This document shows, piece after piece, positions 50,186-60,331 of a stretch of DNA of 64,000 bases. This DNA comes from Pseudomonadota bacterium. GTDB taxonomy: Bacteria; Pseudomonadota; Gammaproteobacteria; QQUJ01. Every line of letters starts with the position of its first letter. Position 1 is the first letter of the stretch. Both the position numbers and the translations under genes were made by a program. The notes below the pieces were generated by a model. The model saw nothing but the letters and a program-made list of their open reading frames with translations, did not search any database and was not told the DNA's origin. The stretch spans positions 32,196-96,195 of the forward strand of contig QQUJ01000025.1 of the NCBI GenBank assembly GCA_008501635.1, given 5' to 3'.

Positions 50186-50225
50186 CCCGAATGAGTGTTT
50201 CGGCCAAGGCTACGCCAGGGCATAG

Positions 50226-51296
50226 TGTAATCCCCCTATTTGTAATCCCCCATGGAAGTAGACGTAGGCTGCCAATGCCAGCGTTTGAATCGGGGTGATA
50301 CCTCCATTGGCCATGTTGGACCGTTCGTCATTGTAGCGCCATAGCCAGTCAGTGGCAGTTCGTTGTGCATGATCGATGGAATCGAACAGATGCTCGTCCA
50401 ACCACTCATGGCGGACAGTCCGATTGAAGCGTTCAACGTAGGCATTCTGAGTTAGCTTGCTGGGTTGGATAAACAACAAGCGGATATCTCGCTTTGCAGC
50501 CCAACTCTGGAACTTAGCACTGCACGTTTTGCGGCCATAGTCTGAGCGGACGACTTTTGGATTACCGCGCCATTCCATGATCTGATCCAGCGCTCGTACA
50601 ATGCGTGCGGCTGGCAAACCGAAATCAACTTCGATGCCCAGGCTCTCGCGATTATAATCGTCCAGCACATTGAAAGTGCGAAAGGCGGTACCGTTAGCCA
50701 GAGCATCATGCATGAAGTCGATCGACCAAACGGTATTGACCTGCCGAGGCACATCCAGCAGATTGGGTGAATCACGCCTCAGGCGGAGTCTGGACTTGAT
50801 GCGTAAATTTAACTCCAGCCCCCGGTAAATGCGGTAGACATGCTTATGGTTGTACGGCATACCTTTGGCGTTGCGAAGATATAGAAAGCACAGGCCAAAA
50901 CCCCAGCGACGGTTTGTGGTGATCTATCGCAGCGGCTAGTCGGCGATCAATGCATTGTCATCGTTGAGCTTCACCTGGTAGCGGTAGCGGGTCTCGGAAA
51001 TACCAAAAGTCTGGCAGGACAACCGGATAGATACGCCCTTCTCGGTAACTGCTCGTTGCGCCAGCTCTTTGCGTCGAGATGGTTTCACCACTTTTTTAGA
51101 GGGTCTCAGCGACTTCATGTTCGACGCATTCATGCCGCCATACTTGACGCACCACTTGTAAAACGAAGCATTGCTCATGCCGTACTTCCTGCACAGCTCC
51201 GGTACCGGAACGCCGGCATCGGCTTCTTCATTCGTAGAATCTCCTCTTGCAAGAAAATTCTACTCCCCGCGGCAACTATTTTCCGGGGGGATTACA
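50226..51296 (-). mobile_element. Degenerate IS3-family (IS407-group-like) element
   Basis: TGTAATCCCCC...GGGGGATTACA ends, OrfA remnant EADAGVPVPELCRKYG, A6G slippery site 51091-51097, Orf[21 protein letters not shown] with stops and deletions. Confidence 0.88.
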
Positions 51297-51562
51297 CATC
51301 CCCAGGTGCGAAAGATCGCGGTGGCCCTGCTGGGTACCATTGAAGAAGATCTCCGGAAGGCGACGGCGGTATCGAGAACGTCAACTCGTGTACCGACGCT
51401 AGGAAACCATGCGCACCTTGCAAGGTGAGGCGACCCGCTTTTTCGGCTTCTCGTCAGGCCAACTTCAGAATTTTAGTTCCCTTCCTTTTTCCATCCTCGT
51501 GTCTTTCCGTGAGTCTATTTGTGAGAGGTTGGCCAGCAGTACGAATCTAAATACAAAAATAT

Positions 51563-51663
51563 GTGCGTATAGCGCACTTTTAATCAGTGCTATTGACAAG
51601 TCTATGTTATGCGTAATAGGTTCTTTTTAACTATATATAAATATAAGTGTGCGTACTTCGCAC
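51563..51663. promoter_or_regulatory. Pair of 15-bp palindromic operators upstream of the UbiD gene
   Basis: GTGCG-TATAG-CGCAC (51563-51577) and GTGCG-TACTT-CGCAC (51649-51663). Confidence 0.6.
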
Positions 51664-51691
51664 ATACATTAGGGTCGAATGGGAGGAGACG

Positions 51692-53167
51692 ATGCGGGTC
51701 AAAAAACACGGTCAGATCTTGTCAAATCATACGCAGGGGGAAAACGCCGGAGGCGTGTCCTTCAACGATCTTAGGGGCTTCATAGCCCTTTTAGAGGAAG
51801 CAGGTGAACTAAAACGTATTTCAGCGGAAGTAGACTGGGACCTGGAGTTGTCTCATGTCGCTAAGCTTAACGAACAGAATGGAGGGCCAGCGTTGCTGTT
51901 CGAAAATGTAAAGGACTACGAGTGGCCGGTTTTCACCAGCGCTCTCGCCACCTCACAGCGTCTCGCTATCGCACTAGGCCTACCTAAGGAGACCTCCTTT
52001 ACTGAGTTGGCCAAGGCGTGGGTCATCAAGGTCAAAACTCGAATCCCTCCGAAAGAAGTAAAAAGTGGGCCGTGCAAGGAAAACATACTCCGCGGCGACG
52101 AGGTCAATTTGTTCGATTTCCCGGCTCCACGCTATTACGAGGGCGATGGTGGCCGATTCATTGGCACTACCCATTGCATCATCTCACGAAGCCCATCGTC
52201 AGGCTGGGTTAATCTGGGTACCCACCGCATGCAAATTCTCGACGAAAAATCGGCGGGCATCTGGATGATTCCTGGCAAGCATGTCCAGCTCCACCTTAAA
52301 GAGTACGAGGCTCTCGGCAAACCCATGCCTGTAGCAGTTGCCATCGGCGTTGATCCAACTGTCTTCCTAACCGCCAGCGCTCCAATTCCAGCTGAGGAGT
52401 GTGAGTACGACTATATCGGCGGTCTGCGCGGCTCCCCGATTGAGGTGGTACGCGGCGAGACTGTCGACCTCCCGGTCCCGGCCAACGCCGAGGTAATCCT
52501 GGAAGGCGAGGTCGACCCCATCGCGCTGCGCGACGAAGGTCCTTACGGTGAGTACTCCGGAACCTATCAAGCCGCCTACCCCAAGCCATTCATGAAAGTG
52601 AAGTGCATCACTCACCGTAATTCGCCCATACATTGGGGCTGCACTACTGGTAGACCCATCACGGACATTCATCAACTAATGGCCCTCAATCGCACGGCCA
52701 CCTTGTGGAGTGACCTACAGAATATGGGTATCCCCGGTATCGTAGGCGTTTATTGCCCACCGGAAACCGGCGGCTACTTCACAACCGTTGTCTCGGTAAA
52801 ACAGCTCTATGCTGGACACGCCCGCCAAGTAGGTACAGCCGTGCTGTCCTCGCCGTCGGGCGCCTATTCAACGAAGTTTGTGGTGGTCGTCGACGACGAC
52901 GTCGATCCCACCAATCTTAGCGAAGTTTGGTGGGCCATAGGAATGCGCTATCAACCCGACCGCGGTACCGACATCCTGCACCGCGGAATGCCCTCGCACA
53001 TCGACCCATCGCTGCATCATTCGGATAAGCATCACACATCGCGGGTAATAATCGACGCCACTGTCCCCTTCGAGTGGGCGCCCGAGGACAAACCGGAACT
53101 CATTGCCCTGACACCAGATATTGAAGCCAGAGTGCGGAAACGTTGGAACGAGCTCTTTTCCAGTTGA
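51692..53167 (+). CDS. UbiD-family prFMN (de)carboxylase, PpcB-like
   Basis: DLRGFI, GTHRMQ, EGPYGEY, VVVDDDVDP; GGAGGAG RBS; segments resemble the recalled phenylphosphate carboxylase beta subunit. Confidence 0.9.
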   Translation: MRVKKHGQILSNHTQGENAGGVSFNDLRGFIALLEEAGELKRISAEVDWDLELSHVAKLNEQNGGPALLFENVKDYEWPVFTSALATSQRLAIALGLPKETSFTELAKAWVIKVKTRIPPKEVKSGPCKENILRGDEVNLFDFPAPRYYEGDGGRFIGTTHCIISRSPSSGWVNLGTHRMQILDEKSAGIWMIPGKHVQLHLKEYEALGKPMPVAVAIGVDPTVFLTASAPIPAEECEYDYIGGLRGSPIEVVRGETVDLPVPANAEVILEGEVDPIALRDEGPYGEYSGTYQAAYPKPFMKVKCITHRNSPIHWGCTTGRPITDIHQLMALNRTATLWSDLQNMGIPGIVGVYCPPETGGYFTTVVSVKQLYAGHARQVGTAVLSSPSGAYSTKFVVVVDDDVDPTNLSEVWWAIGMRYQPDRGTDILHRGMPSHIDPSLHHSDKHHTSRVIIDATVPFEWAPEDKPELIALTPDIEARVRKRWNELFSS

Positions 53168-53206
53168 CTGCCCATTAAGTCTAATCGCGGGGTTCTGGGA
53201 GGTTTT

Positions 53207-53710
53207 GTGGAACGACTTGAGCAAATTCTGGCACGCATTACCGCTTTAGTGACCCGAGTGGTCGGGTGGATAATGGGTCTGATGGTTGTGCACATCGTCG
53301 TGGATGTGGCGATGAAGTACCTCTTCAATCAGCCAATCTTCGGCACCATCGAGGTCACCGAACACTACTACATGGTACCGGTGGTGTTCGGTGCACTGGT
53401 CTATCTTCAGGCCCTCCGTGGGCACGTCAAGGTGGAAATTTTTACTCTGGGTCTTCCGGTCGGAGGTCGCCGATTCCTCGATGGGATCGCAAGTTTAGCC
53501 ATGGCTGCATTCATGATGCTATTCAGCGCAGTGGGCTACGAAGAGGCCGTTGCCAGTACCGCTCGTCTCGAGTTGGTTGAGGCAGCGACCACAACTATCT
53601 ACATCTGGCCAGCTCGCTGGGTGTTGCCGCTCGCCGGCACTCTGGTGTCGCTAATCGCTCTGCTCCAAAGCGTCCAGCTACTGAGACCTGGAAGCAGGGT
53701 GGGCTGTTAA
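53207..53710 (+). CDS. dctQ: TRAP transporter small permease
   Basis: Four TM helices, GHVKVE motif, upstream of dctM. Confidence 0.85.
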   Translation: MERLEQILARITALVTRVVGWIMGLMVVHIVVDVAMKYLFNQPIFGTIEVTEHYYMVPVVFGALVYLQALRGHVKVEIFTLGLPVGGRRFLDGIASLAMAAFMMLFSAVGYEEAVASTARLELVEAATTTIYIWPARWVLPLAGTLVSLIALLQSVQLLRPGSRVGC

Positions 53711-53782
53711 CGGAGCGCCCCGAGCAATGTCGACGATCGCGGTAGTTACAGAAGTGATTGCGAAGCAGCCCCAGAACCTGCC

Positions 53783-55090
53783 ATGACGCCACTATCTGTG
53801 GGCTTTATCGGTCTAGCCACAATCTTTGTGCTACTAGCCCTGCGGACACCCATAGGCTTGGCGTTGATCGGCGTCTGTTTTATCGGTACTTGGACGATAA
53901 TTGGCCTAACCCCAGCACTGAGCATGCTCCGAATCATGCCCTATGAGTTTGTTGCCCATTGGAGTCTGTCTGCCATTCCCATGTTTTTGCTAATGGGTGC
54001 GATAAGCTACCACGCCGGCCTAGTCAGCACCCTTTACCGAGCAGCTCGACTATGGTTCTGGTTTGTACCTGGCAACTTGGCGATAGCGAGTAATTTCGCC
54101 TGCGCCGGTTTTGCGGCTGCCTCAGGCTCTAGCGTTGCTACAGCAACCGCCATGGGAAGGCTGACCATTCCGGAGATGCTACGCTGTCGCTACGACCCAG
54201 GCTTGGCCACAGGAGTTGTGGCGGCAGCTGGAACCCTCGGCTCACTGATCCCACCCAGCATCTTGCTGATTTTGTATGGCCTGTTCACTGAGCAATCGAT
54301 AAGCGCGCTACTGATGGCTGGAGTGTTGCCCGGCATCCTCACCGCAGTGGTTTACGCGGTGATGATCATTATAAGAGTGAGACATAACCCTTCCCTCGCC
54401 CCACCCATGGAGGGTCACATAAATCGAGCGGAGAAGTGGGAGGCGCTACGCGGCGCATGGCCGATTCCACTACTCATTCTCGGTGTGATAGGAGGCATCT
54501 ACAGCGGTATTTTGACCGCCACTGAAGCGGGAGCCGCTGGCGCATTCCTCGCGTTCCTCATCGGTGTCGCGCGCGGACAAATGACCCGCGCTGTGCTAGA
54601 TGAAAGTGTGCGCGAAGCCTTGGCTAGCACCGCTTTCATCTTTTTCATTGCCATAGGCGCTAGCTTATTGGCCAAATTCATGGTACTCAGCGGTATACCC
54701 ACTTACCTGGGCCAGTTGACCGTCCAGTGGTTTGATGGCCCACTCGGCCTGCTCATGGCGGCCTTCGTTATATTCTTGGTCCTTGGCATGTTCCTCGATC
54801 CGATCGGACTGATGCTGTTGTCAATCCCGGTGCTGCTTCCGATGTTCAAGCAGGCGGGTTTCGACTTAGTCTGGTTCGGCATCTTGGTCATCAAGTTTGT
54901 AGAAATTGGTTTGATAACGCCCCCAGTAGGGCTAAATATATATGCCATTAAGAGTGTCACGGGCGACGCGGTTCCTCTCGAAACTATCTTCAAGGGCGCG
55001 GCATGGTTTCTGCTGTGTGAGTTCATCGTTGTCGCGCTTTTGGTGGTCTTCCCTGACATCGCATTATTGCTACCGCGAATGATGCGATAG
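53783..55090 (+). CDS. dctM: TRAP transporter large permease
   Basis: AIPMFLLMG, SGSSVATA, GTLGSLIPPS, GLITPPVG. Confidence 0.95.
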   Translation: MTPLSVGFIGLATIFVLLALRTPIGLALIGVCFIGTWTIIGLTPALSMLRIMPYEFVAHWSLSAIPMFLLMGAISYHAGLVSTLYRAARLWFWFVPGNLAIASNFACAGFAAASGSSVATATAMGRLTIPEMLRCRYDPGLATGVVAAAGTLGSLIPPSILLILYGLFTEQSISALLMAGVLPGILTAVVYAVMIIIRVRHNPSLAPPMEGHINRAEKWEALRGAWPIPLLILGVIGGIYSGILTATEAGAAGAFLAFLIGVARGQMTRAVLDESVREALASTAFIFFIAIGASLLAKFMVLSGIPTYLGQLTVQWFDGPLGLLMAAFVIFLVLGMFLDPIGLMLLSIPVLLPMFKQAGFDLVWFGILVIKFVEIGLITPPVGLNIYAIKSVTGDAVPLETIFKGAAWFLLCEFIVVALLVVFPDIALLLPRMMR

Positions 55091-55145
55091 GAGAGACGGG
55101 ATGGCCGTAATCACTGCAAGTAAGTAGGCTATGGGAGAAACGACT

Positions 55146-56252
55146 ATGCGAACAAACGTTATTCTGACATCACTAGTACTCGGATTTGCCTTATTGCAGC
55201 CAACATCGCTGATCGCTGCCGAATTGCGATACGCTACCTATATTCCGGCAACCTCAAGTAATAACACCAAGGGTGTCCTGCCATTATTCGAGGCGGTGAA
55301 AGCCAATACCGGTGGTAGGCTGTCGTTCAGTTTTTATCCTGGAGGCCAACTCCTCGACGCCCGCGCAATGCTCTCCGGCATCAAGGACGGTATTGCCGAC
55401 GCAGGTTTTCTGGTAGTGCCTTACTACCCCAGTGAACTCAAGCATGCGGCCGTGATACCGGGTATGGTTACTTTCGGCAGCAATCCGGTCGCCACTGCTG
55501 GCGCAGTACTTGAGACATACCTACTCGACTGTCCCAAGTGTAATGCTGACTTCACCGACAATGGGGTTATTTTTCTGGCTGGCCACGCCACCACACCTTA
55601 CAATATCTTGTGCTCAAAACCTGTCGCTTCGGTCAATGATCTGAAGGGATTAAAAATGCGGACGGCCGGCGGCGGTCTGGCACGTGAAGTCGAAGCGCTC
55701 GGTGGGGTACCGGTCTCTATGACCTCCGGGGAGGTGTACGAAGGACTACAGCGCGGTCAAATCGATTGCGTAATCGCACCCAAGGCATGGTTGCGCCAAT
55801 ATAGCCTTGCTGAGGTTGTCAAGTTCATCTACGACGTACCACTGGGCAGCATCGGCGGTCTCGGCCTGATGACTATGAATATCAACAAGTGGAAGGGACT
55901 AGATGACGCCGATCGTACTATGATACTCAAGGAGTTACCTGGAATGGTCGCACGTGTGGTGCTTGACGGATACGTTGCTGACGACAAAATGGGGATCGAT
56001 GCTGCTGAAAAGGCGGGGATTGAGATCGTAGCCGCCCCACAGGAGCTACACGACAAACTAGCCATCTTCCGTCAAACCGAATTGGCAGAGGTTGAGCGCA
56101 GCGCAACCGAACGCGGAGTCGAGAATGCGCGGGAAATTACTGGTGCCTACCTCGACAACCTAAAAAAATGGAACAGTCTGGCCGAGGATATCGGCACCAA
56201 TAGTGACAAGTACCGCGAGGTGCTTTGGCGAGAGATCTACAGTAAACTTTGA
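55146..56252 (+). CDS. dctP: TRAP substrate-binding protein
   Basis: Signal peptide, FYPGGQL, DLKGLKMR, EVYEGLQRG; alternative start at 55131. Confidence 0.9.
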   Translation: MRTNVILTSLVLGFALLQPTSLIAAELRYATYIPATSSNNTKGVLPLFEAVKANTGGRLSFSFYPGGQLLDARAMLSGIKDGIADAGFLVVPYYPSELKHAAVIPGMVTFGSNPVATAGAVLETYLLDCPKCNADFTDNGVIFLAGHATTPYNILCSKPVASVNDLKGLKMRTAGGGLAREVEALGGVPVSMTSGEVYEGLQRGQIDCVIAPKAWLRQYSLAEVVKFIYDVPLGSIGGLGLMTMNINKWKGLDDADRTMILKELPGMVARVVLDGYVADDKMGIDAAEKAGIEIVAAPQELHDKLAIFRQTELAEVERSATERGVENAREITGAYLDNLKKWNSLAEDIGTNSDKYREVLWREIYSKL

Positions 56253-57084
56253 GTGTCCGGTCGTATACGAGCCGCCCGGCACTCGGGCGGCTCGCACCGG
56301 TGAGAAGCGCATTCCATGCTACACTGACGCTGAGTATAGATACAAAAAAGGACGATGGGGCGACCTAACAACACCGACCAGACCTAGTCAATTTTTAACT
56401 GGATAGTTTTACGCACGTCACAAGACAAAAATCTTCCACACTACCCGGACAAAAACTCGGCGTGACCCTGCAGGCAGTGAGTAACCTCCGATTAACCGTG
56501 CAGGCAGGGCCTGTCAACTATTTATTCGTACAAAGTCCACGCTTAGTTTGCCTCATTATGTATCAACACGCGGGGAGCGGTTGCTCTCCGTAGCAATCAT
56601 CTTCGCAGCATGTATGTCATATACGATTTGTCATATCGATAGCCACGGTCCTCCCAGATAGAGCGATGATTACTTGCACCTTCAGCGAACAAAGACGCCA
56701 ATTTTAAAGTCGGCATTTTGATTAAGTTCTCTCCTACCATTCCCTTCGCTTTGCTCAGCTCAAAGCGATATCCTTACCCGGAAGCAGAACATTCTCTCAA
56801 TCACAATTCAACGCTTTCTGTGGCCAATTAGGTGTGATGGTACTGCCGTATGCGGTTCGATCTCGATGTCGGCTATTGTGCAGATACGCTTGAAGTATTT
56901 CTCGTAGCTCGCTGCTCTTTGCACCCTGTCACTCCAATTGGGGAAAGCGCCACCGCATTCTTATGTGAACGTGGATTTCAAGAGTACCAACCGAACCTAA
57001 AAACCCATTACTGACACTAGGAGATTGACAGCGAGATTAGTGTCGCTGCGCATTTATTTGACCGGGTGAAACGGTGAATCCAGA

Positions 57085-57675
57085 TCAACCGTCGCCATAG
57101 CGCACCGCGTATTCGACCCGCAACGCTGCCAATGTGGTGGCCGCCTCTGCGCTGAAGTCAGCCCCTGTCCAAGCTCGGTGAAGCCCTTGACGGTAGTGTT
57201 TGGCATTGTGCCAATAGGTCAGCGCATTCGCCTTGTTATCGACGAAGTTGTTGCGGGTTCTCTTGACCACGGCGGGTGTGCCTGCGACGATCGAGTTGTC
57301 GGGTATCACAGTACCCTCGCGGACGATCGAACCGGGCGCGATAATGCAGTTGTCCCCCACGCGTGCATTGTCCATGATCACCGCATTGATACCGACTAGA
57401 CAGTTATTGCCAATCGTACAACCGTGCAATATGACATGATGGGTGATCGAGCAATAGTCCCCAATCACCGTGTCACCCTCCCAGCATGTGTGGATCATCA
57501 CGAAGTCCTGTATATTAGAGAAGCAACCAATGCGCACCGCATTCACCTCGGCTCGGACCACGCTATAAGGCCAGAATGACACCCCCTCTCCGACGGTCAC
57601 GTCACCGTAAATCTGCGTAGTCTGATGAATATATGCATTGTCGTGGATCATCACCTTCGGTCCATAATTAGTCAT
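57085..57675 (-). CDS. Gamma-carbonic-anhydrase-family hexapeptide protein (PaaY/CaiE-like)
   Basis: IYGDVTVG, SNIQDFVMIH, THHVILHGCTIG left-handed beta-helix. Confidence 0.9.
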   Translation of the reverse strand: MTNYGPKVMIHDNAYIHQTTQIYGDVTVGEGVSFWPYSVVRAEVNAVRIGCFSNIQDFVMIHTCWEGDTVIGDYCSITHHVILHGCTIGNNCLVGINAVIMDNARVGDNCIIAPGSIVREGTVIPDNSIVAGTPAVVKRTRNNFVDNKANALTYWHNAKHYRQGLHRAWTGADFSAEAATTLAALRVEYAVRYGDG

Positions 57676-57829
57676 TCGGGACTCCTCGTCCAGTATATTG
57701 CCCCCGTAGGCACACCGCTTGTGCAGCTGTTTCCTGCACCTGCACTGGCAGGGCTATTCAGTTTCCCTCTATTCTTGATGGTGCAACCTCTTCCGTTGTG
57801 CACCTCGCATGAACTCCACCAGATTTACT

Positions 57830-58741
57830 TTACCCAGGACTACGACTAGTTGGCCGGGCAACCAACCACGAGGCAGTCACCAAGAGCACTAATCCGACGG
57901 AGTGGTAGCGCTCAAAGACCTCTCCAAGCAGTATGATCGCCATGAGAACACCGAAACTCAGGATCAGATAGGAGATGATCCCAGCGCGGTTTGCACCTAA
58001 GAGTTCGACGACACGATTGTACGAAAGGTGGGCGATTATCGACGAGAATAAGGCGAGAAACAGAATAGCTACGACGGTGTCGCCGGTAAACGGGAATGCC
58101 TCGATTGTCAATGTTTCCCAAATATATAATGGCAATAGCTGCAACAATCCGAAGATTACCGCAAAAGCCATAAAGCTTGCGGGATGAATGGACGGGCGTT
58201 TGGGAAGCAGGACGGTGTAGAGGGCCCAAGTTACGGTCGCTGCGAAAACCCACAAATCACCGGAGTTGAATATAAACTCCGATATTCGGAATAAATCACC
58301 GCGCAGAATTATAACCACAGTGCCTAGTAATCCACAGATCAAACCAATCAGAATGGTGTTGCGTACACTGACTTGAAACAATAAAAAAGATAGCAGTACG
58401 ATGATTGCGGGACGGGACGAGTTAATCAACAGTGCGTTAACGGCGGTGGTCCGCTCCAGTCCGAGATAAATGAATGTATTGAATCCGCTGATCGCGAGGG
58501 CAGCTAATAAGAACATCCAACGCCATTGACTGCGCACCACAGGCCAATCCTCACGCAAATGTGGCCAAGCTAGCGCCAGTAGTATTGGCACCGTCGGTAC
58601 CCAGCGCCAGAAGTTGAGACCGATAGGAGGAACTAGGTCGTGTATGCCACGTCCGACGATGATATTGCTCGCCCACACAAGGGCGGCAATCACCATCAAC
58701 ACATACCCCTGGTCGTAGATCCAGCGCTTCATCCTGGTCAC
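57830..58741 (-). CDS. EamA/DMT-family exporter
   Basis: Ten hydrophobic segments, VWASNIIVGR, GDLWV, LGANRAG. Confidence 0.9.
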   Translation of the reverse strand: MTRMKRWIYDQGYVLMVIAALVWASNIIVGRGIHDLVPPIGLNFWRWVPTVPILLALAWPHLREDWPVVRSQWRWMFLLAALAISGFNTFIYLGLERTTAVNALLINSSRPAIIVLLSFLLFQVSVRNTILIGLICGLLGTVVIILRGDLFRISEFIFNSGDLWVFAATVTWALYTVLLPKRPSIHPASFMAFAVIFGLLQLLPLYIWETLTIEAFPFTGDTVVAILFLALFSSIIAHLSYNRVVELLGANRAGIISYLILSFGVLMAIILLGEVFERYHSVGLVLLVTASWLVARPTSRSPG

Positions 58742-58870
58742 ACAAAGATCCTCTGAGGCACATACGCGTTCATTCTATGATTGCAAAATAGTGTGCGTAT
58801 TGGACAACTTAAACACTCATACGATGTCACCGAGCACGCTGCAACTGAAAGATCTACCGTTACAAGTTCT

Positions 58871-60331
58871 TTATAGCCTCACGCAGATATTCTGAAGCTC
58901 GGTGTAAAATTCTAGAGAGTGGACCCCCCCTTCGCGGCCAATACCGGAGTGTTTACTTCCACCAAATGGTGTACGTAAATCACGCAACATCCAACTGTTC
59001 ACCCAGCAAACTCCAACATCCAACCGCTGCGCGACACGGTGCGTACGGCTAGCATTTTCACTCCATAGTGCCGCACCTAGGCCATAGCGTGTGTCGTTGG
59101 CCAGTGCGATCACCTCTTCCTCACTATCAAAGGGACGTACGTGACAACACGGGCCGAAGATTTCCTCGCGCACAATGACAGAGTCATCCGAGAGGCCCGT
59201 CCAGATAGTAGGCTGCACCCATGCGCCACCTGCTAACTCACCAGGCATTTCTGGTACGCCGCCTCCCGTTATTACAGTAGCGCCTTGTTCAATTGCTCGC
59301 TTGTAGTACACCAATACTTTGTCGCGATGGTTCTGACTAATCAATGGGCCAAGGGTTGTTCCAGGGTGATTCCACGCGCCAAGCACCAAGTGTTCTGCGC
59401 CGGTCTTCAGCCGGACCACAAATTCGTCAAAGATCGCTCGCTCTACGTAAAGGCGTTCGGTGCTAAGGCAGATTTGACCGCAGTTATCGAACACCGAACG
59501 CAGTGTGCCCGCGACGGCCTTGTTCATATCACAGTCGGCAAAAACGATGCCGGGGTTCTTACCTCCTAACTCGAAACTGATATCGCGCACGCCGTTCGCT
59601 GCAGCACGCATGATAGTCTCTCCCGTGCTCGTTTCACCGGTAAAGGTAATCGCATCCACATCGGGATGCTCCGTAAGGAAGGTACCAGCTGAGTTGGGCC
59701 CAAAACCGTGCACCACGTTGTACACGCCCGGCGGTACGCCTGCCGTGTTCATTACCTCGCCTAGCAACGCGGCGGTTGTGGGTGTTTCCTCGGAGGGTTT
59801 GACCACCACTGAATTTCCACAGGCCAATGCCGGGGCGACCTTCCAAGTCATCAGTAGCAACGGCATATTCCAAGGGCTAATTACACCAATCACACCCTTG
59901 GGTTTGCGCACAGTGTAATTAAGCGCACCTGCACTATCTGTAGTGTCAAGCATAAAGCTCTCGGCGGCAAAACCCTTTAGAGCTTCGGCGAAGAAACTGA
60001 AATTAGCTGCACCGCGGGGAATATCAATTTGACTAGCTACTTGCTTCGGCTTACCAGTGTCCCCGCATTCGGCGTCGAGGAACTCATCAAAACGTGCATT
60101 GATACCATCAGCGATACGGTGCAAGATCGCCGTACGCTCGTCTAGCGAAAGACGGCTCCAAGGACCTCGCAACGCGGCGCGTGCCGCAGAAACCGCAGCG
60201 TCGATCTCTTCGTGACCTCCCTCGTGGGTCTCACCGATCTTTACTCCAGTCGCCGGGTCGCGGTTGGCGAAGCGCCGGTCGCTGACCGAACCGACGTGTT
60301 TGCCGTTGATGAAATGTTTGACTTCTCGCAT
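58871..60331 (-). CDS. dmpC: 2-hydroxymuconic semialdehyde dehydrogenase-type ALDH
   Basis: MREVKHFING, IDIPRGAANF, FELGGKN, GQICLSTERLY, EGGVHSLEFYTE closely follow recalled DmpC/XylG; start inferred. Confidence 0.85.
   Translation of the reverse strand: MREVKHFINGKHVGSVSDRRFANRDPATGVKIGETHEGGHEEIDAAVSAARAALRGPWSRLSLDERTAILHRIADGINARFDEFLDAECGDTGKPKQVASQIDIPRGAANFSFFAEALKGFAAESFMLDTTDSAGALNYTVRKPKGVIGVISPWNMPLLLMTWKVAPALACGNSVVVKPSEETPTTAALLGEVMNTAGVPPGVYNVVHGFGPNSAGTFLTEHPDVDAITFTGETSTGETIMRAAANGVRDISFELGGKNPGIVFADCDMNKAVAGTLRSVFDNCGQICLSTERLYVERAIFDEFVVRLKTGAEHLVLGAWNHPGTTLGPLISQNHRDKVLVYYKRAIEQGATVITGGGVPEMPGELAGGAWVQPTIWTGLSDDSVIVREEIFGPCCHVRPFDSEEEVIALANDTRYGLGAALWSENASRTHRVAQRLDVGVCWVNSWMLRDLRTPFGGSKHSGIGREGGVHSLEFYTELQNICVRL

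Noticed and set aside
51297-51430. Possible gene remnant right of the IS3
   Set aside because: None of the frames I translated gave a recognisable motif
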